The notes under the pieces were generated by a model. The model did not search any database. It was not told the DNA's origin and saw only the letters and a program-made list of their open reading frames with translations. Positions 37,322 through 47,920 of a DNA stretch of 64,000 nucleotides are shown here, piece by piece. The position numbers and the translations under genes are program-made. Position 1 is the stretch's first letter. Each line of letters begins with the position of its first letter. Source of the DNA: an uncultured virus (IMG/VR IMGVR_UViG_3300031087_000457) (Duplodnaviria > Heunggongvirae > Uroviricota > Caudoviricetes); IMG/VR virus record IMGVR_UViG_3300031087_000457. One strand, 5' to 3'.

Positions 37322-40300
37322 GTGAGTCAATCCATGAGAGGTTCGAGCTACCTGGGTAGCACTCCCAAGAGCGCCCTCAGCAGGCCTCGGCGCTTTGGAT
37401 CCCTGGCCGCTCTGCTCATGGTCTTTGCCGTGATGCTCTCCACCTTCGCCACCATCCCGCTGATCGATTCCCTCATGGGCTCATCGAAGGATGGTGCCAT
37501 CAGCTCCGCCTCCGCCATGTGGTGCGCCGACCCCAAGCAGGGTGAGCTCGGCGTAGGCATGAACAGCAAGAGCAACTGGAACGGTGGCTCCTCTCGCTAT
37601 GTGCACGATGACACCTCAGGTCGCATCCTAACGGCCCAGGAAGCCTTCGGCAATGGTGTGAGGTTCACTAACTTCGCGGGCGCAGGAGAGGGACAGGAGT
37701 GGCTTTTCGGGGCAGCTCCCCTGGGCCTTCCCGAGAAGGATGACGACAAAGATGAGAAGCTCAAGTCCGTAGTCTCCTACACGGGTAACACCCCCAAGGG
37801 TGAGGGCACGGAGAACTGGTATAAGAACATGAACAGCTCCCGGGTGCCCACCAAGTGTGTGCTCGGTGGAGCTGGAACGCTCATGGCAAGCGGCATCCTG
37901 GGACTCTCCGGGAGCATCACCAACCTCATGGGTGGCATCTCGACCTTCGCCTTCGACCCTAACTTCATCTGTGAGCCCAACGAGCCCCAGGGCAACTGCA
38001 TCGACCTCGTGGGCATCATCGGTGGAGCCGGCAAGAGCGATCAGGGCATCATCGGTAAGCTCACCTCAAGCGTCTACTTCCCCCTCCTCACCCTGGTGGC
38101 TCTCCTGGTGGGTGTCTACATCATCTGGAACGGCCTGGCCAAGAGGCAGTTCCGCCAGACCTTCATCGGAGTGCTCTGGGCCGTCGTGGTCACAATCCTC
38201 GGCATCGGCCTTCTTCTCAACCCTCTCCTCCTCGCTAAGGCTCCCATGGTAGCCGGCAACGCGCTGACGAGCTGCATCGTGGGCGCTTTCACAGGAAGCG
38301 GTGGCTGTGCAGATGGCTCCGGAGGCACCGGCAGCTCAGATCCACAGACGGCTCTCTGTGAGGCCTGGTCCAGCAAGACCGACTTCGTGGACAAGGCTTC
38401 CATCACCATGACCTCAATGGGCTGCCAGCTCTGGAAGGCCTTCGTTCTCCAGCCCTACGCCCAGGGCTCCTTCGGTGCTCCCCTGGACGAGCTCGACACG
38501 AGCCGTTCGGACACCATCGCCGGCAAGCTCATCGCAAAGAACCCGGGCTTCGACAAGACCACCTTCTGCGTGGACACCAAGGTCAAGGGCAAGCTCGACA
38601 GCCACTACGGCAACACTCTGGATCTCACCAAGAGCGGCGCTCAGATCTGCAACCTCGCTGTCTACCAGGCCTACCTGGGCGTGAACGCTAAGATGGACAG
38701 TGGAGCTGGAGGAAACCCGCCTGCTGCTGGAGAGATCGACGCTCGCTGGCTCAAGGTCGCACAGCTCGCTGCCACTGACGAGGGCATGTACCGATCCTGG
38801 GCTCCCAGCGACATGCACCTTGCTCAGATCGGCTACGCTTCCCTGGGCCTACTCTCCGCATTCCTTGCGGCCATCGTGGTCTTCGTGGTCTCAGCCTTCG
38901 CGCTGGCCTTCTATGTGACCTCGATCCTCATGCTCGCCTTCGCACCCTTCTTCCTCCTCGTCGGAGTCCACCCGGGCAAGGGTAAGAGTATGATGATCGG
39001 CTGGATCGGGCAGGTGCTCTCCAACATTATGAAGTACGCTGCTTCTGCGATCTTCCTGGTCATCACCGTAGCGCTCTACAGCGCAACGCTCTCCAATGTG
39101 ACCAACCCGGGCGCAATCTTGATCTTCATGATTATCCTGACCGTGGCTCTCCTCATGTACCGCAAGGAGATCGTGGACATGATCGGAGTCATCGATCTCG
39201 GAGGAGAGAAGCTCTCCAACAAGTTCGGTGAGTGGACCAAGGACCGTCTCGGCAATGTGGGTAAGACCGCGATGGCAGTCGGAGCCGGTGTGACCGCAGG
39301 CGCCCTGTCCAACGGTGCTCTCAACCCCATGCGCAAGGAGAACTGGACCGTCGGGGGCGTTCGCCGAAACCTGGGAGATTCCTTCAGGGCTGGAAACGAC
39401 TCCTTCAGGCGCAGCGTCAAGAGCCGCCCTGGCATGGTTGGCGAAGTGATGAAGGCCAGCGACCGTATCTCTGCTGACAACCGGGCAGACATGGTTCGCC
39501 AGTCCACCGCTGTAACCAAGGAAGCTCAGACTGCCGAGAGGGAGCTCTCCAACGCCAAGAAGACCGGTAAGGATCTCGCGTCCTCCTTCTCCGCCAACGA
39601 GAAGGACGCACAGACAAGGATCGACGCCCTTCGGGTTGAGAATGAGACTGCCGACAAGAGTCTCCTCCAGAGCGAAAAGCTCATGGGTGAGGTTTCCGGC
39701 GCCGAAGACATCGCGCTCGCAGGTGTGGGCAGCGATGCCTTCAGGCAGTACCAGGATCTCGTCAACCAGCTCCGGGATCTCAAGATCAAGGCAGAGGTCG
39801 CGGTAGCAAACGGCGACAGCGAAGGAGCCGAGAGGCTCAACGCCAGCGCCGCTACCATCGCGAGCGGCATCGAGAGCGCCCGGTCCAACATGAGCGATCA
39901 GGAGTTCGCTGCCGGTAGAAGCCAGTACCGCTCTATCCTCGCAGAGAACATCCAGGACCCTCTGGTCAACGAGAAGAACGCTGAGAACCACGCAAACCAG
40001 GTGGCTAAGGTCTACGGCAATGACATGAGCACCCTCGCTCGTACCGCCCGTGAGGCCGAGGAGATCAGCTCTACGAAGGCTACAACCGAGGCTGATCTCA
40101 ACAGGAAGATCGCGGAGAACGCTCAGAAGACCATTGAGGCTCAGCGTGCGGCCGACAGGCTGGGTAAGGCGGCAGAGGTTGCTCGTCAGGAGGTCATCGA
40201 TCTCAAGCCCGGACAGTCCGTAACCAACAAGAGCGTCCGGGAGAAGGCCAAGAGGATCGAAGATATCCGCAACGGCGGAGATGAAGACCAGTCAGCTGCC

Positions 40301-41494
40301 TCCGGTGTGATTGCAGGATCTGAGCAGCGGAACCCGGCTCGAGCTCAGGATACTGCTTCGGACCTTCTCGCTCAGGCCCAGCAGGCATCTCAGGCTCAGC
40401 GCGAAACCGCTAGAGGGGCTCAGGAACCGACAGCACAGCCTCAGCAGACCCAGCAGCAGAGGCCTGCTAGAGGCATCCCGACAGAAGCATTCAGTGCACC
40501 TGTCGGACAGCCCGAAAGCGCCTCAGAAGCCCGCACAGAGCCGCTGAGGAGGGAGTCTAGCACTCCTGTCGCTCCAGCTCAGGCTCCGACAGCGCCACTG
40601 ACCGATCTTCGAACCGGACCTCCTCGACCCCCGACGGCCGAAGAGCAGCGAGTAGCCAGAGAGGCTGCAGCCCGGGGGCAGGAAGCTCGGGTAGCCGCAG
40701 CAGCTGACACTCAACCCCAGGGCGATTCGGCGGCTCGAGAGAGTGAGAACCGGGCCCAGCGCCAGCGTGAGGCCGACGCCGAAGCTCTGAGGCAGAGAGA
40801 GGCCCGGGCTCAGGCTACACAGCGTGCCGCAGAGACTCAGAGGGCCGACGAGGCTCGAACCCAGGCTGAGAATCAGGCCGCACAGCGTCAGCGCGAGGCT
40901 GAGGCCCAGGGGCAGAGGGAAGCCAGCGACAGGGCAGAGGCTCAGCGCCAGCAAGAGGTGAGGGACCGAGCACAGGCTCAGCGTCAGCAGGATGCCGAAT
41001 CCCAGAGGCGCCAGAACGAGGAAAATGCTCGAGCACAGGCTGCCAGGGACAGCGCAGAGGCTCGGGTCCGATCAGCAGCTGATGACTCTATCCGTCGAGC
41101 AAACAGATCCGCCGATGAGCTGATCCAGGAAGCCAACCGAGGAGCAGACGGTCTGAGAAGGCAGGTCGAACAGCTCGCCGGAGGTAGTGAGACAGGTAAG
41201 TCCTATCAGCGAGTCCTCGATGAGATCGAGCGTGTGAAGAATGAGCGCAACCTGACGGAAGAGGAGCTGCGCTCCAGGCTAGATGCTATCTCTGCGGAGT
41301 CCAGAAGGATCACCGATAGGTTCTCCGATCTGGTGCCCGACTACCTCGTAGGCCCCACTCAGGATGTTCAGGACAACATCGATGCTCAGGTTGAGCGAGT
41401 TCGATCACTGCGGGACATCCGGGACGCTGACGGAGGCCCGAACGATGGTGGACCTCGACCTCCTCGAAACGGAAACCCCTTCAGAAGCCGATAG
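37322..41494 (+). CDS. Giant VirB6/TcpH-like conjugation membrane protein 1 with a coiled-coil/low-complexity tail
   Basis: Multiple TM blocks; CQLWKAFVLQPYAQGSFG motif shared with the paralogues. Confidence 0.7.
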   Translation: MSQSMRGSSYLGSTPKSALSRPRRFGSLAALLMVFAVMLSTFATIPLIDSLMGSSKDGAISSASAMWCADPKQGELGVGMNSKSNWNGGSSRYVHDDTSGRILTAQEAFGNGVRFTNFAGAGEGQEWLFGAAPLGLPEKDDDKDEKLKSVVSYTGNTPKGEGTENWYKNMNSSRVPTKCVLGGAGTLMASGILGLSGSITNLMGGISTFAFDPNFICEPNEPQGNCIDLVGIIGGAGKSDQGIIGKLTSSVYFPLLTLVALLVGVYIIWNGLAKRQFRQTFIGVLWAVVVTILGIGLLLNPLLLAKAPMVAGNALTSCIVGAFTGSGGCADGSGGTGSSDPQTALCEAWSSKTDFVDKASITMTSMGCQLWKAFVLQPYAQGSFGAPLDELDTSRSDTIAGKLIAKNPGFDKTTFCVDTKVKGKLDSHYGNTLDLTKSGAQICNLAVYQAYLGVNAKMDSGAGGNPPAAGEIDARWLKVAQLAATDEGMYRSWAPSDMHLAQIGYASLGLLSAFLAAIVVFVVSAFALAFYVTSILMLAFAPFFLLVGVHPGKGKSMMIGWIGQVLSNIMKYAASAIFLVITVALYSATLSNVTNPGAILIFMIILTVALLMYRKEIVDMIGVIDLGGEKLSNKFGEWTKDRLGNVGKTAMAVGAGVTAGALSNGALNPMRKENWTVGGVRRNLGDSFRAGNDSFRRSVKSRPGMVGEVMKASDRISADNRADMVRQSTAVTKEAQTAERELSNAKKTGKDLASSFSANEKDAQTRIDALRVENETADKSLLQSEKLMGEVSGAEDIALAGVGSDAFRQYQDLVNQLRDLKIKAEVAVANGDSEGAERLNASAATIASGIESARSNMSDQEFAAGRSQYRSILAENIQDPLVNEKNAENHANQVAKVYGNDMSTLARTAREAEEISSTKATTEADLNRKIAENAQKTIEAQRAADRLGKAAEVARQEVIDLKPGQSVTNKSVREKAKRIEDIRNGGDEDQSAASGVIAGSEQRNPARAQDTASDLLAQAQQASQAQRETARGAQEPTAQPQQTQQQRPARGIPTEAFSAPVGQPESASEARTEPLRRESSTPVAPAQAPTAPLTDLRTGPPRPPTAEEQRVAREAAARGQEARVAAAADTQPQGDSAARESENRAQRQREADAEALRQREARAQATQRAAETQRADEARTQAENQAAQRQREAEAQGQREASDRAEAQRQQEVRDRAQAQRQQDAESQRRQNEENARAQAARDSAEARVRSAADDSIRRANRSADELIQEANRGADGLRRQVEQLAGGSETGKSYQRVLDEIERVKNERNLTEEELRSRLDAISAESRRITDRFSDLVPDYLVGPTQDVQDNIDAQVERVRSLRDIRDADGGPNDGGPRPPRNGNPFRSR

Positions 41495-41531
41495 TCATCC
41501 CACAATCAGATTTTAGACCCGGGAGCTTCAG

Positions 41532-43145
41532 TTGAGCGACGAAAGACCAGAGGACCTGGAGGAGTTCCCCGAGAATCCCTCCGGGGAGCCTGGAGACACT
41601 CGATCGGGCTTCAGGGAGCGTAGGGATCAGCTCAGAGCCCAGAGCCAGTCCCGGCGAAGCGCACGGGAACAGAAGGCTCAGGAGAATCCCCTCGAAGCGG
41701 CCAAGGGTGCTCGAGAACAGTTCGGAGACAAGCTAGGCGCTGGAGGAGCCAAGGGCCGCGAGCTCCTCGGCTCGGGCAAGGATCGAGTCACCGCTGGTAT
41801 CGACCGGGCCGCAGAGAATGGCAACCGGGCTGCCCAGGGCGTACAGGCAGCTAAGCGAGTCGCTGAGACAGCTCGTGCTGTTGGAAGCACCGTCAAGAAC
41901 ATCGCAGTAGCTGGTAAGAGCTTCGTTGTTTCCCTGGGAAACCCCGTGAGCCTGATTGCCATAGCCGTGGTGATCGTGCTCGTCTTCATCACTCTGGCCG
42001 TAGTCACAGGTATCCAGGTCTACGGCAAGAACGATGCCGTGGAGAACTGCAGCGACAACGGTTCGGTGACGAAGGTAGATGTGCCCACCGACGCCAGCAC
42101 CAACGACAACCGTGATGCCATGATGGGCTGGCTCATGCAGAACAACTTCAAGTCCAACGGAGGTAAGCCGCTTTCTAAGGAGCAGGCTGCAGCCGTGGCT
42201 GGAAACTTCGCTGCTGAGTCGGGCTTTGGCTTCAAGGTCACCGAGGGTCACACCATGGACGGTGCCTCCAACGAGCAGGTGGATTCCTGGACCCGTGGAG
42301 GTCCTCGAGGACTCGGCATGGCCCAGTGGACCTGGAACCCGGGCCGCGCGGGAACCCTCATCGAGCTCGCCAAGAGCCTCAAGAAGAACTGGTACGATCC
42401 AGAGGTACAGTTTCAGATGATCCTCAATGAGATGGACGGGGCCTACGGCCCGAGGTTGGCCTCAGCTGGCTTCTTCACGGCTGGCAAGAAGCCCGGTGAG
42501 CTCGCCATCATCTTCCACGACATCTACGAGGGATCCGCTGATACTCCCTCCATGAAGGAGCGCCGGGCCACCTTCGCGGAGGACGCCTTCGCCAACGGTA
42601 AGGCTGGAGGCTACAGCTCTTCCGGTGGAGACAACTGCCAGCAGGGCAACAGCGCATCCTCTGGGGACTGGGTCTACCCCCTTCAGATGCGTAACGGCCA
42701 GCCACTGAACTGGGTGACTCGCTTCGGCTCCTCTGAGCATGAGAATGGGGCACTGGACATCAACGGCGTGGGCAACGGTGGAGCACCCACCGACTGGCCC
42801 GTCTACGCCGCAAGCGATGGCACCGTCCTGTCCATCGGAGACAGCAACTGTCAGGCACTCGTGATCTGGCATGAGAAGGACAAGGTGGCCTCAGCCTATC
42901 TCCACATGAACTCGAAGATCGTCAAGGCTGGAGATCAGGTCAAGGCCGGTCAGCACATCGGAGGCGTGGGCACCAAGGGCTGTGGATCCACGGGTAACCA
43001 CCTCCACTTCTCCATCCGGCCCGACAACAAGTTCGTGAAGAACCCGACCTGGACCTGGATGAAGGAGCACGGAGTGGACATGGGCAAGTGTGTGGGAGAG
43101 AGCACCTCAGCCTGTGCCCTCGGCGGCGCTCCCTACTCGGGCTGA
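41532..43145 (+). CDS. Conjugative cell-wall hydrolase: phage-tail-lysozyme-like plus M23 peptidase
   Basis: AAAVAGNFAAES, GLGMAQWT; M23 motifs VYAASDG, YLHM, VKAGQHIG, STGNHLHF. Confidence 0.85.
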   Translation: MSDERPEDLEEFPENPSGEPGDTRSGFRERRDQLRAQSQSRRSAREQKAQENPLEAAKGAREQFGDKLGAGGAKGRELLGSGKDRVTAGIDRAAENGNRAAQGVQAAKRVAETARAVGSTVKNIAVAGKSFVVSLGNPVSLIAIAVVIVLVFITLAVVTGIQVYGKNDAVENCSDNGSVTKVDVPTDASTNDNRDAMMGWLMQNNFKSNGGKPLSKEQAAAVAGNFAAESGFGFKVTEGHTMDGASNEQVDSWTRGGPRGLGMAQWTWNPGRAGTLIELAKSLKKNWYDPEVQFQMILNEMDGAYGPRLASAGFFTAGKKPGELAIIFHDIYEGSADTPSMKERRATFAEDAFANGKAGGYSSSGGDNCQQGNSASSGDWVYPLQMRNGQPLNWVTRFGSSEHENGALDINGVGNGGAPTDWPVYAASDGTVLSIGDSNCQALVIWHEKDKVASAYLHMNSKIVKAGDQVKAGQHIGGVGTKGCGSTGNHLHFSIRPDNKFVKNPTWTWMKEHGVDMGKCVGESTSACALGGAPYSG

Positions 43146-43190
43146 TAAGCGATAGGATAGGCTGATCCAACGGCCGAAGCGGAAGAGACC

Positions 43191-44012
43191 ATGACCAAAA
43201 AGCAGTTCATAGTAGCGATCTCGGTGGTGCTCGTCGTCGCCATCGCTATCGGTCTTGGGATCTTCCACTTCCTCGGCAAGAAGCCCCAGGAGAACGATGT
43301 GGCTGGCACTCGTAAGCTCACGACCGGTGAGCGAGCTGACATCCGGCTCCTTTCCTCAAGCTTTCTACAGGATTCCACCAACTTTGGAGTCAACCTCAAC
43401 AGCCTCAGTGAGTCCACCGTCTCTCAGCGCATGGAAGACATAGCCAACGACAACGGCGGCACATCCTGGACCAAGAGAACGGCCGCAGCCTCTCAGGCAG
43501 TGAGCCAGTATGTGGATCTCTCCGGGGGCTTCCCCTACGATGGAGACCGAATCGCCAACGGTGACTACACGGATGGCAACAACATAGCGAACTTCCGCTC
43601 AGGTCCGATGACCGTGGATCCCTCGGCCGAAGGCTCCTATGTCTACACCAACCGAAACGAGCCCATTCTCACGGCGAAGGTAAGCTTCTCCGGCTACTCG
43701 ACCCTCTCTCACTTTGCCCAGAGCACCAAGGGTATCGATGAGGGCCGCATCGAGAACAACGATGAGAAGTTCACGCCCTGGGACATCAGTGAGCAGACAG
43801 TAGCCCTACGGGGAACGCTCACTGTGGCCCAGGAGAAGGAGGGTAGCCCCTGGCGAATCCGAGACATCAGCTTCTCGGAGGGTGAGTTCGCCACTCCCTT
43901 CTGGGAGCCAGCAGCCAACACGACTTCCTATCCTGGGATCACCCTGGGAGGCAAGGTCGTGCGTACCATCAAATTCCCCACCGGTGAGGAGAACACCGAT
44001 GTCCCACAGTGA
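43191..44012 (+). CDS. Membrane-anchored exported protein
   Basis: N-terminal TM. Confidence 0.8.
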   Translation: MTKKQFIVAISVVLVVAIAIGLGIFHFLGKKPQENDVAGTRKLTTGERADIRLLSSSFLQDSTNFGVNLNSLSESTVSQRMEDIANDNGGTSWTKRTAAASQAVSQYVDLSGGFPYDGDRIANGDYTDGNNIANFRSGPMTVDPSAEGSYVYTNRNEPILTAKVSFSGYSTLSHFAQSTKGIDEGRIENNDEKFTPWDISEQTVALRGTLTVAQEKEGSPWRIRDISFSEGEFATPFWEPAANTTSYPGITLGGKVVRTIKFPTGEENTDVPQ

Positions 44013-44595
44013 CCCAGAACGCAGCCTAGAGCCCTCGGATCGTGAATCCGTGTCATCATTCGAGTCCGACGAGAAACTCGCTCAGGAGCCAGCCTACGAC
44101 CTTCCAGGACCGTTGGAGCCCACAGAGTCCGGCGACGAAGTTGAGCTTCGAGAGCCAGAGCCCGAAGAGCGCAGGAGCTATCTCGACGATGACGAGGACT
44201 GGGCCGCAGCCTCCGACTCCATCATCCACGAGGATGAGTCCTCCGTGATTGCTCAGCAGGACGAAGCCCTCGTGAGCTGGGACATTCAGGGGCTCTACGA
44301 TGACTACGGCAAGGTTCGCAGCAAGCGATCCCTGAGGAACAATCCTCCGGCACTGGTGGTCTCTGACAGCAATGGAGACAGCGCCACCTTCGTGCTCACC
44401 AAGAACCTCTCCGCAGTCCTCGCTAAGCACATGGAGAACACCAACCGGGCCTACTACGGAATCCGGCCCAAGAGCGAGCGCAGCACCAGGGAGAAGCTCT
44501 CCGATGCGGGAAGTCTCCTCAAGGCCAACCTCGGTAAGGCCATCATCTTCGGTGGGATCATCCTTGGGCTACTGATCTTCGGCCTGTTCTTCTAG
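43999..44595 (+). CDS. Acidic protein with a C-terminal TM
   Basis: ATG 43999 after GAGGAG; overlaps the previous stop. Confidence 0.75.
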   Translation: MSHSDPERSLEPSDRESVSSFESDEKLAQEPAYDLPGPLEPTESGDEVELREPEPEERRSYLDDDEDWAAASDSIIHEDESSVIAQQDEALVSWDIQGLYDDYGKVRSKRSLRNNPPALVVSDSNGDSATFVLTKNLSAVLAKHMENTNRAYYGIRPKSERSTREKLSDAGSLLKANLGKAIIFGGIILGLLIFGLFF

Positions 44596-44657
44596 ACCCT
44601 GGCCCTCGAGCTGATATGCCTCTGTGAGAATTTACAGCTACGACGGAAGGTAGAGCT

Positions 44658-45155
44658 GTGAGCACCAACCAGTCGGCCTCTGAGGTCAGGATCGCGAAGG
44701 CCATCGGCTATCGGATCATCGCCAAGAAGGCAGTCCGGGCCGTGATCTGGCTCATCGTCCTGGCGGCCGTGGTCTACGCCATCATCGCCTCTTCGATGGC
44801 CCGCTATGTGGCCACGAACCTCGGAACCATGGAGGTTGTGTCCACAAACTTCCCCGGAGGCTACGCACAGCCGAAAACAGTTGTTGCCGTAGACGGTCAG
44901 GGTGGCTACCGGGACAACAATCCTCTGCAGAATCTCAAGGCTGCTGTCACTCCCCACCCGGATGTGATCGTCGGCGAGGTTCAGGAAGGCCCCTACGGAA
45001 CTCCAGACTGGTCGAGCTACGGGCTCAAGAACATGGACTCCAAGGACAACCTCTCCAACCAGTACATTGTCAAGTGCCTCGAGGGCTGCTCCGGGGACTC
45101 TGACTTCAGGATCATCCGGGCAGATCAGATCATGGGAGTTCCGGTAGGTAGATGA
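44658..45155 (+). CDS. Membrane-anchored hypothetical protein
   Basis: TM; GGAAGG RBS. Confidence 0.75.
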   Translation: MSTNQSASEVRIAKAIGYRIIAKKAVRAVIWLIVLAAVVYAIIASSMARYVATNLGTMEVVSTNFPGGYAQPKTVVAVDGQGGYRDNNPLQNLKAAVTPHPDVIVGEVQEGPYGTPDWSSYGLKNMDSKDNLSNQYIVKCLEGCSGDSDFRIIRADQIMGVPVGR

Positions 45156-45454
45156 TGTTCGAAGAGCTATTCTCTAGGAAGAAGCAGACTAAGACGACTG
45201 CGCGCACTCTCCCCAAGGAGATCGATGCTGTTCGTAAGGTCTCCGGTGGTAAGAACCACGGGCACAGTTCCTCCATGACGGTGGACCAGTACCTGTGGAT
45301 CAACCGTATTGTGGTCGGCTGCATTGTCCTTCTAGGAGTGGGTATCATAGCGGCAGCAGCCTACGGACTCATTTCGGACTTTGTCATTCACTCCGATGGG
45401 ATACCCGTAGGATCAAGCTCTGTTCAGCCAACAGCTGCAGGGCACGGGGAGTAG
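45152..45454 (+). CDS. Small single-TM protein
   Basis: Overlaps the previous stop; TM helix. Confidence 0.65.
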   Translation: MMFEELFSRKKQTKTTARTLPKEIDAVRKVSGGKNHGHSSSMTVDQYLWINRIVVGCIVLLGVGIIAAAAYGLISDFVIHSDGIPVGSSSVQPTAAGHGE

Positions 45455-45472
45455 AAAGTCGGGAGAAGATCT

Positions 45473-45883
45473 ATGGTGGCCAACAGGCGCGCTGACTATC
45501 AGCGGCTCTGCGAGGAACTGACAGGATCTAAGGATGAGGGGCTCCGCGAGGGCATCAGGGCTGAGGTCAGGGATCTCATCAGCGAGGACGAGGACTACGC
45601 TCGAGGCTACTTCGAGGATAGCCTTCGAAGATCCCTGGGCTACATTTCCCCCACGGTGGGAAAGAAGCAGGACCGACCCTTTGTGATCTCTGTCGAGATT
45701 CACAGGGAGCACACAGGGCCAGTAGCCGTCATCGGCGTGGCTTTCCGGCCGAAGATCGATGACGATCTTGAGGACCTCAATGGCTTCCTCGGCGAAGAGA
45801 TATACGGACTAGCCCGGCTAAAGGGCTTCGACTGGCTCATCGCTGCCCTCGCAGTCAACGGTGAGCTCATCCCCAGGAGCTGA
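45473..45883 (+). CDS. Hypothetical protein
   Basis: ORF in an operon-like arrangement. Confidence 0.65.
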   Translation: MVANRRADYQRLCEELTGSKDEGLREGIRAEVRDLISEDEDYARGYFEDSLRRSLGYISPTVGKKQDRPFVISVEIHREHTGPVAVIGVAFRPKIDDDLEDLNGFLGEEIYGLARLKGFDWLIAALAVNGELIPRS

Positions 45884-45936
45884 GCTTCTGAGGACCACCT
45901 CTGTGATATTGGTTCCAGTTCTGGAGGTGATCGATC

Positions 45937-46380
45937 ATGGTGAGTGAAAGCTACGCGAGGCGCGCAGAGCGGCCCCGAGCAATCCCCAAGAGCACCATGG
46001 TAGACATCCACACCAGCCAGGACCATCGGGGCAGGATCTCGGCAGTGGACCTCGCCGCAATCGCGGCAATCGGAGACGAGCTCAACCGGCTCGGAATCGT
46101 GAGGCCCGTAGAGACCATGCGAGGCATTCGCTCGGAGGAGGAGCTCACCGAGGTTCTCCACGAGGCCGAAGAGCGCTCTCTCTCAGAGGAAGAGCTCAAC
46201 CCCGAGTACCACAGCTCACGCCTCGACGAAGCCCTCATGGGCCTCGAGGGCACATCCAACCCGCTCATGGAGAAGTTCGATGACTATGAGGGTCTCGACT
46301 ACAATCCAGCCTTCAGGGCGAGGGAGAAGATCGAAGGCTTCCGCCAGGGAAGCAGGACCAAGAAGAGGAGAACACTGTAG
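45937..46380 (+). CDS. Hypothetical protein
   Basis: GGAGG RBS; YGATAT motif upstream. Confidence 0.7.
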   Translation: MVSESYARRAERPRAIPKSTMVDIHTSQDHRGRISAVDLAAIAAIGDELNRLGIVRPVETMRGIRSEEELTEVLHEAEERSLSEEELNPEYHSSRLDEALMGLEGTSNPLMEKFDDYEGLDYNPAFRAREKIEGFRQGSRTKKRRTL

Positions 46381-46425
46381 CCAACACATAGCAGCAAGAG
46401 GTTGACAACCTAGCCACGGAATGAT

Positions 46426-46454
46426 TTGACAAGGCCAGTGATCCGGTTTACTAT
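46426..46454 (+). promoter_or_regulatory. Near-consensus housekeeping-sigma promoter for the sigma factor gene
   Basis: TTGACA (46426-31), 17 bp spacer, TACTAT (46449-54). Confidence 0.75.
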
Positions 46455-46630
46455 GGACTCACAGGTCCCCGAACCTCCCACAGCACCACTACCGAGAGGT
46501 TCCGAGGGACTTTCTCTGTCTCGCCGCACTCTCAGCGGCCGACGGTGAAGTCTCTTCCTCCTCCCCTCCTCATTTCAGGAGAGGGAGCATCTCGCAACAG
46601 CAGATACCAGAGTGAAAGAGCACAGTACTT

Positions 46631-47818
46631 ATGACGACTCAGTCGATGATGCAGCCCGCAGACGCCCTCACCAAGGACCAGGAACTCGCCCTCGGTAGGC
46701 GCATTCAGAAGAAGCTCAGCGCAGAATCCGCAACCGCGCTTGAGGCCACCACCCCGGAGGTCGCAATCGCCTCCATGCAGGAAGAGATCAACCGCGGCCT
46801 CGCAGGTCTCAGCCTCCCCGACCGCAGGCGCTACAGCAATGCGCTGGCAGCTGCCCTCAACTCCGAGAAGACCTCGAAGAAGCTCATGGAGTGGGCTCCT
46901 TCCTTCGAGTACTTCACCCCCGCAGACATGGCCACCCTCCAGGATGGCTGGGCAGACAAGCTCCTCAAGTCCTTCGAGTCCGCCATGGAGAAGAACGGCT
47001 ACGAAGCAAGCGCTTTCGCCGACGAGCCCGGCTTCGACGCCGTCGACCGTCGCAAGTTCCAGCGCGATGGCGACCGGGCAGCTGACGCCCTGGTGCGCAG
47101 CAACATCCTCCTCGTTCGCAGCATGGCCCACGAGTTCAAGCGGCGCATGCCCGCTTCCCCCGACCACGAGGAGATCTTCGCCATGGGCATGGTGGGACTC
47201 TGGAAGGCCGCTCGCAAGTACGATCCGCGCCGGGAGAACAAGTTCTCGACCGTGGCCTACAACTGGATCCGCCAGTCCATCGTCCGAGAGATCAACAACA
47301 CTCACCGGCTCGTCCGGCTCCCCGAGAACCGGGTCGGCGACTACATCGCTATCTCCCGGCTCCGCCGGGAGCTCAAGGACAAGGACATCTCCGAGGCAGA
47401 GTTCGAGGACTATGTCACCGAGAAGCTCGGCCTGAGCAAGGAGAAGACCCGGGAGATCAACAACGCCGCGGGCAACCACGCCTCCCTCAACAAGACCGTC
47501 GGCGACGACGAGGGCGAGAAGGAGCTGATCCACTATGTGGCCAAGTCGACTCCTGCGGCCGAAGAGGTGGCCATCGAGTCCGAGATGCAGACCATCCTGG
47601 ACATGGCCCTCGGTGACCTGGAGCCTCTGGAGCTTGAGATCGTGGTGAGCTCCTTCAAGCTCAGCTACGGCAACATCGAGCACCGCACCGTGAAGGCCAT
47701 CTGTGCCGACGCGGCCATCAGCCCCTCCCAGTACCGGCGCTACTCGGCCAACGCCATGAAGAAGATCAGAGAGCACATGGACTCCTACGGCGTGAGCTTC
47801 GCTGATTTCTTCAGCTGA
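46631..47818 (+). CDS. Sigma-70 family RNA polymerase sigma factor
   Basis: Region 1.2 LTKDQELALGRRI; region 2 SNILLV...GMVGLWKAARKYDP...KFSTVAYNWIRQSI...VRLP; regions 3 and 4. Confidence 0.9.
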   Translation: MTTQSMMQPADALTKDQELALGRRIQKKLSAESATALEATTPEVAIASMQEEINRGLAGLSLPDRRRYSNALAAALNSEKTSKKLMEWAPSFEYFTPADMATLQDGWADKLLKSFESAMEKNGYEASAFADEPGFDAVDRRKFQRDGDRAADALVRSNILLVRSMAHEFKRRMPASPDHEEIFAMGMVGLWKAARKYDPRRENKFSTVAYNWIRQSIVREINNTHRLVRLPENRVGDYIAISRLRRELKDKDISEAEFEDYVTEKLGLSKEKTREINNAAGNHASLNKTVGDDEGEKELIHYVAKSTPAAEEVAIESEMQTILDMALGDLEPLELEIVVSSFKLSYGNIEHRTVKAICADAAISPSQYRRYSANAMKKIREHMDSYGVSFADFFS

Positions 47819-47920
47819 TTTCAGCCTTTTCGGCCTTTCTTCGGGGAATAGTGCTCGCCGGTCGCTCGTTACGGTATGGTAGACCCATACGATGGCCCGC
47901 GGCGACTGGAGGATCTACCC

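Noticed and set aside
40680..41060. Quasi-repeats (cagcgcgag / gctcag)
   Set aside because: Coding coiled-coil (AQRQREA-like) tail of the 1390-aa protein.
44658..45155. Signal-peptidase/TraF-like C-terminus (DSDFRIIRADQIMG)
   Set aside because: Catalytic Ser/Lys motifs are not identifiable; similarity too weak.
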